From Bdellovibrionales bacterium (lineage in GTDB: Bacteria; Bdellovibrionota; Bdellovibrionia; Bdellovibrionales; JAGQZY01): a stretch of 64,000 nt of DNA. Below are positions 29,376 through 38,890 of the stretch, piece by piece (the first letter of the stretch is position 1; the number at the start of each line of letters is the position of its first letter). The stretch spans positions 619,194 through 683,193 of the forward strand of contig CAXRHT010000001.1 of assembly GCA_964230645.1 (NCBI GenBank), given 5' to 3'. Made by a program: the position numbers and the translations under genes. Below the pieces are notes generated by a model. It worked only from the letters and a program-made list of their open reading frames with translations, ran no database searches and was not told the origin of the DNA.

Positions 29376-29939
29376 GTGGCAAAGAGTTCAACAAAAGGTT
29401 TTTCGCTAATGGAGCTCATGGTCGCTGTAGCGATCATTGCCATCTTATCTCTGATGGCTGTCCCCGCCTATCAAGGGTTCCAAGCCCGAGCGAGACAAAA
29501 AGAAGGTTTCCATTTGGCAAATACCTTTTACACTGCGGCCCAAGCGACCCATACCGAGTTTGGTTTTTATCCAGGAGACTTCGTACAAACAGGTTTCCAA
29601 CCCCAAGGAAGATTGGGCTACCGGCTTCGCACACAGAACGGAACTCTTATTCCATCTTTGCCGAATGATGATGGCTGCCTGAATACAGACCAGCCTTGCG
29701 ACTGCGGGGGAGATTGCCCTAATTATAGAGAGTGGGAGGAAATTCCAGGAAACGTCGGCACCGAGACCCTCGGAGCAGTTGGATGTGATTGGGGAGCCTC
29801 CTGCGGCCCTCCTTTTGTCACTGACGATACTTTTCAAATTCTCGTTTGTGGATACGTAAACACTCGTTCTGCGTTGAGAGATCAATACGGCATGAATGAA
29901 AACAAACAACTCACCATGTGTTTAGATGGATTGAAGTAA
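29376..29939 (+). CDS. Type IV pilin / pseudopilin with a Cys-rich C-terminal domain
   Basis: Class III signal KGFSLMELMVAVAIIAILSLMAVPAYQGF. GTG 29376 is preceded by GGAG. There are nine Cys in the globular domain. Confidence 0.75.
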   Translation: MAKSSTKGFSLMELMVAVAIIAILSLMAVPAYQGFQARARQKEGFHLANTFYTAAQATHTEFGFYPGDFVQTGFQPQGRLGYRLRTQNGTLIPSLPNDDGCLNTDQPCDCGGDCPNYREWEEIPGNVGTETLGAVGCDWGASCGPPFVTDDTFQILVCGYVNTRSALRDQYGMNENKQLTMCLDGLK

Positions 29940-29940
29940 A

Positions 29941-29975
29941 AAAAAACGACCTGGTTTTGGGGAGCCAGGTCGAAA
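29941..29975. terminator. Hairpin between convergent pilin and desaturase genes
   Basis: Stem cgacctgg / ccaggtcg (29947-29954 / 29965-29972). The A-run on the 5' side gives a T9 tract on the minus strand. Confidence 0.55.
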
Positions 29976-30140
29976 AAGGGGGATATGGGATCGTACCCCT
30001 ATATGAAGCAATCCCTATGCCCAAAAAAATCTTAGCCCCCTGAACCAAGTATCTAATAATATTAGTGACTTATCCAACCTCACGCGACTCTACTTGTGAC
30101 AATTTTGGGCCCAGTAACAATTTTCCGCGCCCCAATTTTG

Positions 30141-31217
30141 TCACTGCGACCTTGGTAAAGGCCGTTTTCCCATCGCGATAAGATGGTGTTGATGGGCCTT
30201 TACAGCAGAAAATAGACTTGGAAATTCATGGTAATGGAAGTTGTGACTCTGACAGGCTCTTTTTAATATTGGACGAATCTGAGGGTAATGAGTGTGACTG
30301 TAATTGGGAAAGATATGGTGCTCAATTTGATGATTAAGACCTCCCAGGTACCAGGACAGGAATCTATTTTTGGTAGCGAAGTTCGCTGTTGTGGCTAATT
30401 GAAACTCCGCCCAATCACTAGAGGTCCCCTTTTTTGAGAATTGTTGAACGTTGCTGACATGGGCCAATTGAAACACCACTACCATAATAAATCCCATCAA
30501 TCCGAAGCTCACAAGGTAGCCAGTCAATACTAGAAGTGGATCACCGATGGTCCAAAGAGGAAGGAGCAAGAACAAAGAAACGTGCCAGAGTTTAACGAAC
30601 AAGGTTTCCCAAATTACTTTTTTTAGAACCTTTGGTTTTAGGCTATAAGTGTTGCCTTTGATGTCGCGAAAATCACCCCACCACACCCAGCTTAAAATAA
30701 ATAGCGGATAGAGAAACCAAGCATAGATATGTTGAAAGCGGTGATTGGAGTGGAAGTTCTGCTGTTCGCAAAGCCTCAACAAACCGTTGGTATTTATATC
30801 ATGATCTTTTCCAGGCACGTTAGTGAAACTGTGGTGGGCCACGCAGTGCTGATGAACCCACAAGGTTGGGCTACCACCTAAAAAAGAAATAACGTTTAAG
30901 AAAAGATTGTTGATTGAACTATTGTCACTTGTCGCTTTATGACTGGCATCATGCATGACGGACATTTGAATGGAAACCATAATCAGAGCCCAAGGCAAGG
31001 CCAACAAAATGTTTGCCCACAAACTCTCTCCTCCGAAAGTTAAATAAACACCATAACTACCCAGCCATAAAACAAAGAGGATTAGGGCTTTAGCCACAAG
31101 TCTTTTGACATCTTTTTGGGGACGTTTCGAAGTTTTAAGAAGGTCATTCACTTCTCCTTTCATAAACTTATGAAAGCTTTTTTTATTTTTTGACACTATT
31201 GCTGATTGAGAACTCAT
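30141..31217 (-). CDS. Membrane fatty-acid desaturase, front-end type (no cytochrome b5 fusion)
   Basis: Three His boxes: HDASH, HQHCVAHH and QIEHH (Gln in box 3 is typical of front-end desaturases). Four or more TM helices. Confidence 0.75.
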   Translation of the reverse strand: MSSQSAIVSKNKKSFHKFMKGEVNDLLKTSKRPQKDVKRLVAKALILFVLWLGSYGVYLTFGGESLWANILLALPWALIMVSIQMSVMHDASHKATSDNSSINNLFLNVISFLGGSPTLWVHQHCVAHHSFTNVPGKDHDINTNGLLRLCEQQNFHSNHRFQHIYAWFLYPLFILSWVWWGDFRDIKGNTYSLKPKVLKKVIWETLFVKLWHVSLFLLLPLWTIGDPLLVLTGYLVSFGLMGFIMVVVFQLAHVSNVQQFSKKGTSSDWAEFQLATTANFATKNRFLSWYLGGLNHQIEHHIFPNYSHTHYPQIRPILKRACQSHNFHYHEFPSLFSAVKAHQHHLIAMGKRPLPRSQ

Positions 31218-31723
31218 TTGACCACCTTCAAGACAACTCAGTTACATGCTTATTCATATACGAAGAGTCAGACTCATCTTAACAGGAAGCGGGACGGTTT
31301 AGAGTAAAATAAAACAAAACTTAGACCATTTGGTCTTTTTAGTACTAAACGGAGATTATATTTTCTCATCTGCTTCACACGCGTTCTAGCAGAAGTAATT
31401 AAATAGGAGAGAAGCTTAAGCTGTGTTACACTGAGGCTGGTTTTCTTGTTTTATGAGACTGGAATAGTATTCAACTGTCAATAGATTCTCTCTTTATTAA
31501 ACAACAAAAATAATCAGCAGCCTTTAGGGTAAGTGCTATTCATTTCTTTTTACAGTTATGACTTAGCCATTGTGATTTTTTAATTGTTTCCAAAGACTCA
31601 AGGACCAAGAGATCGAAGGATTTTTAAATTATGTCATCGGGATCAAATCCGAAATGACATTTAAAAATCAATGAGAATATCTAGAAAAAATTTGATATTC
31701 CCTTTCAACAAAAGGAGTACCTA

Positions 31724-32038
31724 TTGAAAAATCGAATTCGATTTAACAACCTTGTCGTATCCGCTGAAGAATTACCTGCCATTAAGAGAATTGTGCGACA
31801 TCTATCAGAATGTGCCCCCTCTGATGCTTTTATCTCTGTAGACTTTCACAAAGCCAATCTTGGTTTTCAAGGAAGACTACAATTAAACTCTCCTAGTGAG
31901 AACTTTTCAGAGGAAGCTAATGGAGAATTATTGCTTTCTCTTATGCATAGCTTAGAAGATTTAACCATGCGTAGAATTGTTGAATGGCGTGAGAAAAGAT
32001 TCTCCGTCATAGAGGAAGAAGAAAAGCTGACCTCTTAA
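31724..32038 (+). CDS. Small hypothetical protein (possibly HPF/RaiA-like fold)
   Basis: TTG start is preceded by AAGGAG at 7 nt. The alternating beta-alpha pattern resembles ribosome hibernation factors, but no firm motif was seen. Confidence 0.4.
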   Translation: MKNRIRFNNLVVSAEELPAIKRIVRHLSECAPSDAFISVDFHKANLGFQGRLQLNSPSENFSEEANGELLLSLMHSLEDLTMRRIVEWREKRFSVIEEEEKLTS

Positions 32039-32226
32039 ATGCTGCCACCAATATCGGGCCTTATCCAATCCTTCAATTGAATCGTTTAGGATTGGATTCG
32101 GATCCCTGGTCTTAGAGAGGTTTACGCCCCCGCAATCTTTAGGACCTCTTAATTAGACTAGTGTCCCCTCTGCGTAAGTCTGGAAGTAGCGCCCCTCTCT
32201 CAAAGCCTATTCTGATTTATAGTAAA

Positions 32227-32994
32227 ATGATTCTGATGAAACTCGTAATATTTTTTGTCTTTAACCTTGTTATATTAAGCCCGTGTTATGCTTTCAAAGT
32301 GAGTATCGATCCTGGTCATGGAGGAGGTGATGACTCAGGGGCTATCTACGCTGGCATCAAGGAGTCTCATCTTGTTCTAAAAATATCTAAAAAACTATAC
32401 ACCCGTTTGAGGAAGGATCCTTTTTTCGATGTGCAACTCCTAAGACAAAGCGATGAGTCCTTGGCTCTGGAAGATAGAGTTAAAAATACAAAAAAGTTTT
32501 CTCCCGATTTATTTTTATCGATCCACGCCAATGCCAATCCAAACAAAAGAGCCAGAGGGACTGAGTTCTATATTCAAAACCAGCTTCCTGTTGATGAAGA
32601 GGCTTTGTTTTTGGCTCACAATGAATTTTCTGGAGATCCACTCGAAGGACCAAAAAAGGCAGGAGACATTGAGAGTATCGTCTACGATCTTGAAAAATCT
32701 CACCGTATTACTAAAAGTTATCAGATAAGCACGTACCTAAGGGAACACTGGAGCAGCAAAAAAAGAAAAATGATCCGCCAAGGACCCTTTTTTGTCCTTA
32801 GTCACAATGACGTCCCCTCCATCCTTTTAGAAGTGGGCTATTTAAGTCACTCTAAAGAGAGACAAAAGCTTTTAAATCCTGCCTATCAAGATCGCATGGT
32901 CAAAAAAATCCATAAAGCACTAAAGGACTATGCGACAAACATGGACAAACTTCCGCCCGGCATTCTAAAACCTCAGAATGCAAAGACACGATAA
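32227..32994 (+). CDS. N-acetylmuramoyl-L-alanine amidase (Amidase_3 family)
   Basis: Motifs SIDPGHGGGDDSGA, LSIHANA and LLEVGYLSH. Signal peptide from ATG 32227. Confidence 0.8.
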   Translation: MILMKLVIFFVFNLVILSPCYAFKVSIDPGHGGGDDSGAIYAGIKESHLVLKISKKLYTRLRKDPFFDVQLLRQSDESLALEDRVKNTKKFSPDLFLSIHANANPNKRARGTEFYIQNQLPVDEEALFLAHNEFSGDPLEGPKKAGDIESIVYDLEKSHRITKSYQISTYLREHWSSKKRKMIRQGPFFVLSHNDVPSILLEVGYLSHSKERQKLLNPAYQDRMVKKIHKALKDYATNMDKLPPGILKPQNAKTR

Positions 32995-33697
32995 TAGAAA
33001 AAACGATCAGTTAAGAGAAGTGATCATCACTCCCCGCTTTAATCGCTATGCCGAGGGAAGTGCTTTGATTGAATTTGGACATACCAAAGTGGCCTGCACG
33101 GCCAGTGTGGAGACCTCCATTCCCAAATGGCTTCAAGGCCAAGAGCAGGGTTGGGTGACCGCTGAATATGGCATGCTCCCTCGCAGTACTCATGACCGCA
33201 TGAGGCGAGATAAAACCAGTCAGTCGGGGCGCTCGCAAGAGATCTCAAGACTCATCGCCCGGTCCCTTCGAAGCTGCGTTGATTTAAAAAAACTCAAAGA
33301 TATTCAGATTTCTGTGGATTGCGATGTTCTCCAAGCCGATGGAGGCACTCGCACAGCCGCTATCACAGGTGGTTTTGTAGCCCTAGCTTTGGCTGTCGAA
33401 TACCTGATGGAGAAGAAACTGGTTTTAGAAAATCCTATTCTTAATCAAGTTTCAGCTATCAGTGTGGGTATTCTTGAAAACCAACCCTTACTCGATCTCT
33501 GTTACATCGAAGACAGCCAAGCCGAAACGGATTGCAACTTTGTTATAAACAACAAAGGCGGATTGGTGGAGATCCAAGGAACAGCTGAAGAAAACCAATT
33601 TACCAGAGATCAATTCAACCAAATGTTAGATTACGCTCTTGTTGGTTGTGAAAACCTTCATCAAATACAAGAGCAGTGTTTGTCTCAAAAAATATAG
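32978..33697 (+). CDS. rph: Ribonuclease PH
   Basis: AEGSALIEFGHTKVACTASVE...GWVTAEYGMLPRSTHDR is near-identical in pattern to known RNase PH. Confidence 0.9.
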   Translation: MQRHDNRKNDQLREVIITPRFNRYAEGSALIEFGHTKVACTASVETSIPKWLQGQEQGWVTAEYGMLPRSTHDRMRRDKTSQSGRSQEISRLIARSLRSCVDLKKLKDIQISVDCDVLQADGGTRTAAITGGFVALALAVEYLMEKKLVLENPILNQVSAISVGILENQPLLDLCYIEDSQAETDCNFVINNKGGLVEIQGTAEENQFTRDQFNQMLDYALVGCENLHQIQEQCLSQKI

Positions 33698-33709
33698 AGG
33701 AGCTTTTTA

Positions 33710-34303
33710 ATGGAATTATGGTTAGCCACGGGCAACCCCGGAAAGGTCAATGAAATTGAAAAGCTTCTTGGAGATCTCGATCTTGAAGTTCACACCCAAA
33801 AGGAGTTGAGCTTTTTTTCTCAACCTCCAGAAGATGGGGATAGCTTTGAAGCCAATGCCAGAATCAAAGCTAAAGCACTGCACGCCATGAAGTCTGATTC
33901 TTGGGTTCTTGCCGACGACTCGGGCCTTGTGGTCGAGGGCCTTGGCGGTCTCCCTGGAATTCACTCCGCTCGATACGCCGGCCCCAAAGCTCAGCCCTCT
34001 GAAAACAACGCCAAGCTTTTAAAAATGATGCAACTTCGAAGTGCAGCTAACCGCAAGGCGCATTTCCATTGCACACTTGTCGCCATTTCTCCGCAAGGAG
34101 AAGAGAAGGTTTTCACTGGTGACCTGCAAGGTGAGATTGCCAAATCAGCCCGGGGAGCAGGTGGCTTTGGCTACGATCCTGTCTTTGTTCCTGAGGGAGA
34201 GGAGAAAACTCTGGGAGAGCTTCCGGCAAGCCACAAAAACCAAATTTCTCACCGCTCAAAAGCACTGAAGGCTTTTGTTGAATTTCTCAAGACGAGCCTA
34301 TAA
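33710..34303 (+). CDS. rdgB: dITP/XTP pyrophosphatase (RdgB/HAM1 family)
   Basis: LATGNPGKVNEI...GFGYDPVF...SHRSKAL motifs. Follows rph as in many bacteria. Confidence 0.85.
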   Translation: MELWLATGNPGKVNEIEKLLGDLDLEVHTQKELSFFSQPPEDGDSFEANARIKAKALHAMKSDSWVLADDSGLVVEGLGGLPGIHSARYAGPKAQPSENNAKLLKMMQLRSAANRKAHFHCTLVAISPQGEEKVFTGDLQGEIAKSARGAGGFGYDPVFVPEGEEKTLGELPASHKNQISHRSKALKAFVEFLKTSL

Positions 34304-34371
34304 AAGAATTACAAAAGAAAAAAGGACACAGTTGTTTACAACCCCTACCAACAGTGATAACAAGGTGAGTC

Positions 34372-35319
34372 ATGGCCCAAATAAAAATATTTTCAGGAAC
34401 TTCCAATCTCAACTTTGCCAAGAGTGTGGCGAAATCCGCTGGGGTCAAACTCGGTAGCTGTGAAATTACCAGATTTGCGGATGGAGAGGTTCAAGCCGAG
34501 ATCCACGAAAGTGTTCGTGGCGACTCTGTTTTTGTCATCCAGAGCTGCTGTCCGCCTGTTAATGAAAATTACATGGAGCTTTTTATCATGCTGGATGCTT
34601 TGAAAAGAGCCTCAGCAAAAGAAGTCACGGCCGTTCTCCCCTACTATGGCTACGCTAGGCAAGACCGCAAAGTGGCTCCTAGAGCTCCTATTTCTGCAAA
34701 ATGTATGGCCGATCTTCTGACGGCCGCCGGAGCTTCAAGAGTTGTTTGTGTGGATTTACATGCCGCTCAGATCCAGGGATTTTTTAACTGTCCTGTGGAT
34801 CACCTTTTCGCCACCCCAACTTTGGCTCAACAATGGCGCGAGCGTTACGGCACAGGCCCTGAATTCGTGGTTGTGAGCCCTGATGCGGGAGGGGTAGAAA
34901 GAGCCCGCGCTTTTGCTAAGAAAATTGATTGTTCTATGGCCATTATTGATAAAAGACGATCCGGCCCCAATGAAGCCCGTGCTCTCCACCTTATCGGTGA
35001 TGTGAAGGAAAAAACGGCGATCATTGTAGACGATATGTGTGATACTGCAGGAACTTTAACACAAGCTGTTGACAGTCTCCTTGATAATGGGGCAAAAAGG
35101 GTGTTCGCCGTAGCCACTCATGCGCTGTTTTCTGGTCCCGCTGTGGGCCGATTAAAGGAATCAGGTGTGGAAAAAGTCCTTGTGACAGACACCATCCCAT
35201 TGAGTGAAGAAGCTGCGGCTTGTGGAAAAATGGAAGTCATTAGTATGGCTCCCGTTGTGGCTGAAGCCCTTCTTAGAATTTACGGAAATGCTTCAGTTTC
35301 ATCACTTTTTGATGATTAA
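34372..35319 (+). CDS. prs: Ribose-phosphate pyrophosphokinase
   Basis: KIFSGTSN...RFADGE...YYGYARQDRK...VVVSPDAGGVERA...IIVDDMCDTAGTL motifs. Confidence 0.9.
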   Translation: MAQIKIFSGTSNLNFAKSVAKSAGVKLGSCEITRFADGEVQAEIHESVRGDSVFVIQSCCPPVNENYMELFIMLDALKRASAKEVTAVLPYYGYARQDRKVAPRAPISAKCMADLLTAAGASRVVCVDLHAAQIQGFFNCPVDHLFATPTLAQQWRERYGTGPEFVVVSPDAGGVERARAFAKKIDCSMAIIDKRRSGPNEARALHLIGDVKEKTAIIVDDMCDTAGTLTQAVDSLLDNGAKRVFAVATHALFSGPAVGRLKESGVEKVLVTDTIPLSEEAAACGKMEVISMAPVVAEALLRIYGNASVSSLFDD

Positions 35320-35343
35320 AAAGGAATAAATAAGAGGTAGACG

Positions 35344-36045
35344 ATGGCTGGTAAACATACAGTATTTGAAGTTGAAGAAAGACAACCTGGAAAAGGTTTA
35401 TCTGGAAAGTTTCGTAAAGAAAGAAAGATTCCTGCCGTTGTTTACGGTCCAAAAATGGAAAACCACAATTGCTTGATTGATGAAGTGTTTGTTCTTAAGC
35501 ACAGCGGCTCCCGCCATGAGAGTTCGATCTTTCAAACAAAAAGTGATTCCAAGCCACTTAACTCTCTTAAAGTGATGCTTAAAAAGATCGATGTTCATCC
35601 TGTTTCTAAAAACCCAATCCACGTTGATCTTTACGCTCTTGATATGACATCAAAAATTAAAGTGAATGTGACAATCGAATTTGAAGGTGAGCCCGCTGTA
35701 GTGACTGATGGAGAAGCCATCCTATCTGTGATCATGCGTGATATCGAAATTGAGTGTAACCCATCGGATATCCCAGATTCTGTTAAAGTTGACGTTTCCG
35801 GTCTTGAGCTCAATGATTCCGTTCACGTTTCTGATATGACTTTCCCTGAAGGGATCGTACCTGTTACAGCTCCTGAAAGAACGGTTTGTAACGTCACGAT
35901 TCCCAAAGAAGAGCCGGCTGAACCTGCTGAAGGTGAAGAAATGGAAGCCGCTGCTACTGAAGGTGAAGAAGGAGCCGAGGGCGCTGACGGAGCGGCTGAA
36001 GGTGAAGCCGCAGAGGGCGAGAAAAAAGAAGGGGAAGAGTCCTAA
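35344..36045 (+). CDS. rplY: 50S ribosomal protein L25 / general stress protein Ctc, with an acidic Glu/Ala/Gly tail
   Basis: KFRKERKIPAVVYG N-domain, long Ctc-type C-domain, and position between prs and pth. Confidence 0.85.
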   Translation: MAGKHTVFEVEERQPGKGLSGKFRKERKIPAVVYGPKMENHNCLIDEVFVLKHSGSRHESSIFQTKSDSKPLNSLKVMLKKIDVHPVSKNPIHVDLYALDMTSKIKVNVTIEFEGEPAVVTDGEAILSVIMRDIEIECNPSDIPDSVKVDVSGLELNDSVHVSDMTFPEGIVPVTAPERTVCNVTIPKEEPAEPAEGEEMEAAATEGEEGAEGADGAAEGEAAEGEKKEGEES

Positions 36046-36120
36046 GGACTTAACCCCAGAACTTTTTAGTTCTTCCTTTTTCAATTTGCATTCATTTTAC
36101 GCCATAGAGGACTCTAAAAA

Positions 36121-36687
36121 ATGTGGTTAATCGCTGGCCTAGGAAATCCTGGAAAAAAATATCTTTTAACCAGGCACAACGTAGGATTCATGGCGATTGA
36201 CTACTACCTCAATAACATTGGCAATCCTCCCGAAAAAAAAGAACACAAATCACTGACCTACTCCTTCAGTATCGAGAGCGAAAAAGTCATTATGGCTAAA
36301 CCACAAACTTATATGAATGACTCAGGTGAGGCCATTCAAGCACTCTGCCATTATTACAAAGTGAAACCACAAAATGTATTAATTCTCCATGATGAAATCG
36401 AGCAACCTTTCGGACAAATGAAAATGCAATTTGCCCGTGGCCATGGTGGACAAAATGGTATTCGCGACATTCATCAAAAGTTGGGAAGCAACGAATACTA
36501 TCGCCTACGTATCGGTGTGGGACGCCCTGAGGGAAAGAAAGATGTCTCCGCCCATGTGCTTAGCCCCTTTTCGAAACAAGAGCAAAAAGATCTCCCCGAT
36601 GTTCTCGAAAAAGTGAGCGATGGAATGGAAACACTCCTTTGTGAAGGCTTCCAAAAAGCAGCCACTCTCGTCAATCGTAAAGCTTGA
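36121..36687 (+). CDS. pth: Peptidyl-tRNA hydrolase
   Basis: MWLIAGLGNPGKKYLLTRHNVGF...GHGGQNGIRDI motifs. Confidence 0.9.
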   Translation: MWLIAGLGNPGKKYLLTRHNVGFMAIDYYLNNIGNPPEKKEHKSLTYSFSIESEKVIMAKPQTYMNDSGEAIQALCHYYKVKPQNVLILHDEIEQPFGQMKMQFARGHGGQNGIRDIHQKLGSNEYYRLRIGVGRPEGKKDVSAHVLSPFSKQEQKDLPDVLEKVSDGMETLLCEGFQKAATLVNRKA

Positions 36688-36847
36688 TTGAGCCCCCCCA
36701 AAAAAAGCACGACCGTTTCTCTTATTTCCGATTATTAATGTCTCAAATAAATATATTGAGTCTTTTCTTTTGAGAATGTCTTAGGTTCACAGCCAATCTG
36801 CCGATAAAGATCATGGAGTGTTTGTTAACTTGAAAGGTTAACTAGGG

Positions 36848-38719
36848 ATGAATTGTTTCAGAATTTTTATTTTAATAGCAGTGACGTTGGTTTTAGGAGC
36901 TTGTTCGAAAAAAGACAGCTCTCATTCAAAGGTATCTATCCAGTTTGACGAGTCAATCTTTGCCAGCAAAGCTCATCAACTTTCATTGAAGCCTGACGGG
37001 AAAACTGTAAGGAAATCGGGACCTGATTGGGGTGTGCAGAACCCGACCCAAATCACTCAAATTGGCTGTTATGCTGTTTTTGTGGGTGGTCCTGAAGACA
37101 GTCTAAAACAATCTTTTTGTGAGTTGGGCTCCGGTCAACGTTTTGCTTTTGGCCCGCGCGCCGGTTTTTTCAACATTCGCTCAAAGGGTTCCATTCAAGT
37201 CCCCGCAGGAGAAAATCGTCAAATTTATCTTTTCGGAATGGCCTCTGCCGATGGAACTTGTGAATCCGACTTCGCCGTCAACGCTGACATTGAGGCGAAA
37301 AATTACTCAGCCCCCTTTCTTCTGGGTAAAGCAAGAGCCAACTTGGCTAAATCTGAAGAAGTGGTAGAGATTAGACTGCAAGGAGATTTCTCGGAATCTA
37401 ACCGAATTACTACCTGTAATTTTATGGAAGATAAGAAGCTTGATATCATAGGTTACGATTCCGATCGAAAGTATTGGTTAGCCAGCAATGAAGTTCCTCG
37501 TACTATACGAATTGAGCACGAAGGCCAAGAGGTTCGCTGTTCAAGGGATGGGGGCTCCACCTTTGAAAATTGCGACACTCCTAGTACCTTGATTTGGAGA
37601 CAAGAAGACTACAATCAACAGCATGTTGTCCAAACACGAATGCAAGATGGCAAATCCTATTTTAAAACCTTTACTCCTTCGGAAGTTTATCCAGATATCG
37701 AGTGGATTACAGCTGGCTGTGACCATACAATATCAGCTGACGACTCGATCAACGATGTACAATCTTATTTTAGTTCTTCTAGCGCCACTCTCTGTATTGA
37801 TCCCAAGGTCACAATTTCAGGGATATTGAACGCTGCGATTAACTTGGGCGGTGATCTTGTCGTCATCTCACCCCAGGCTGACGACCACTCTCGAGCTAGG
37901 ATAGATGTCACGCCAATGTCAACAAGCTCCCTGTTTTACTTTGATCCCAACTTTGCAAATGCGTATTTTAAAATGATTGGTGTCGATGTGGAATATAGTT
38001 CCTCTGGTGAAGTTCTTTTTTACCTTTACAATGCCAGTGGAGCTCACGACTACTACGTTTACTTTGATGATTCTATTTTAACTAACAGAACCGGGGCTGA
38101 AGTACTAAGGGCCCGGAGCTCGGGAGGAACTAACATAACACACCTCAAAACTTTCCACTCTCGCTTTGTTTCGGATGATAGCTCTGACCCCGCCATCGAT
38201 ATTGAGCAGCAGCAATTTGATTTCACTTTAATAGACTCTTTTATTGAATCGGACTCCGAAGCGCTCACATCAAGAGCTGGATGGTTTACAATGGACGGCA
38301 GTGAAGTTTTTGGCTCAGGAGATAATGGTAATGATCCAACAATGAGTTTTTATGGCGGAGGGTCTGCAGAAATCAGAAATTCAAGAATCCAAGGCGCAAA
38401 CAGTTCAGCCCTTCAAATGGATTGTCTCGGCTCAGGGAACTTTCTAAATTTTAACCTTTTCAATACTGAGATCATTAGGGAAGACGACGGGACAAATGGC
38501 AATGGAGCTGCGATTACAATAAACGAGCCCGGGTGCTCTATTTCGGTGAACTCGAATGAAGATTTCGCTGACAACCTAAGCCTGGCGCATAATAATCGAA
38601 TTTGTGCAATCGATGGCTCAACAGCAACCTACAACTCTATTTTCGATACAGCTCCTAGTGGAGCGGGCACTTTCGATCCAGACCAGCTGAGTATTGGGAT
38701 CTGTGATTTTAGTGATTAA
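36848..38719 (+). CDS. Large lipoprotein, function unknown
   Basis: Lipobox LVLGAC after the signal peptide. 623 aa and Ser/Asn/Asp-rich. No catalytic motif recognised. Confidence 0.6.
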   Translation: MNCFRIFILIAVTLVLGACSKKDSSHSKVSIQFDESIFASKAHQLSLKPDGKTVRKSGPDWGVQNPTQITQIGCYAVFVGGPEDSLKQSFCELGSGQRFAFGPRAGFFNIRSKGSIQVPAGENRQIYLFGMASADGTCESDFAVNADIEAKNYSAPFLLGKARANLAKSEEVVEIRLQGDFSESNRITTCNFMEDKKLDIIGYDSDRKYWLASNEVPRTIRIEHEGQEVRCSRDGGSTFENCDTPSTLIWRQEDYNQQHVVQTRMQDGKSYFKTFTPSEVYPDIEWITAGCDHTISADDSINDVQSYFSSSSATLCIDPKVTISGILNAAINLGGDLVVISPQADDHSRARIDVTPMSTSSLFYFDPNFANAYFKMIGVDVEYSSSGEVLFYLYNASGAHDYYVYFDDSILTNRTGAEVLRARSSGGTNITHLKTFHSRFVSDDSSDPAIDIEQQQFDFTLIDSFIESDSEALTSRAGWFTMDGSEVFGSGDNGNDPTMSFYGGGSAEIRNSRIQGANSSALQMDCLGSGNFLNFNLFNTEIIREDDGTNGNGAAITINEPGCSISVNSNEDFADNLSLAHNNRICAIDGSTATYNSIFDTAPSGAGTFDPDQLSIGICDFSD

Positions 38720-38890
38720 ACTCCTCTTTTCTAAGTATGACTGGCTCTTGCAAGGCCAGTCCTTATCATTTCAACCAAAAAAAGCTTTTGTACGGCTCAA
38801 TTTCGAGCCAGACAGGAGTTTCTCTTATCCAAAAAATATCGTATAGTCGGACTCTCAATTTTGACAAGACATGGCTCTAGGAGAATGATC

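Noticed and set aside
29445-29909. 154 aa minus-strand ORF
   Set aside because: It is fully embedded antisense in the pilin gene, which has an unmistakable class III signal sequence.
31638-31652. tRNA T-arm-like string cgggatcaaatccg
   Set aside because: There is no acceptor, D or anticodon arm around it. It is the centre of a larger palindrome.
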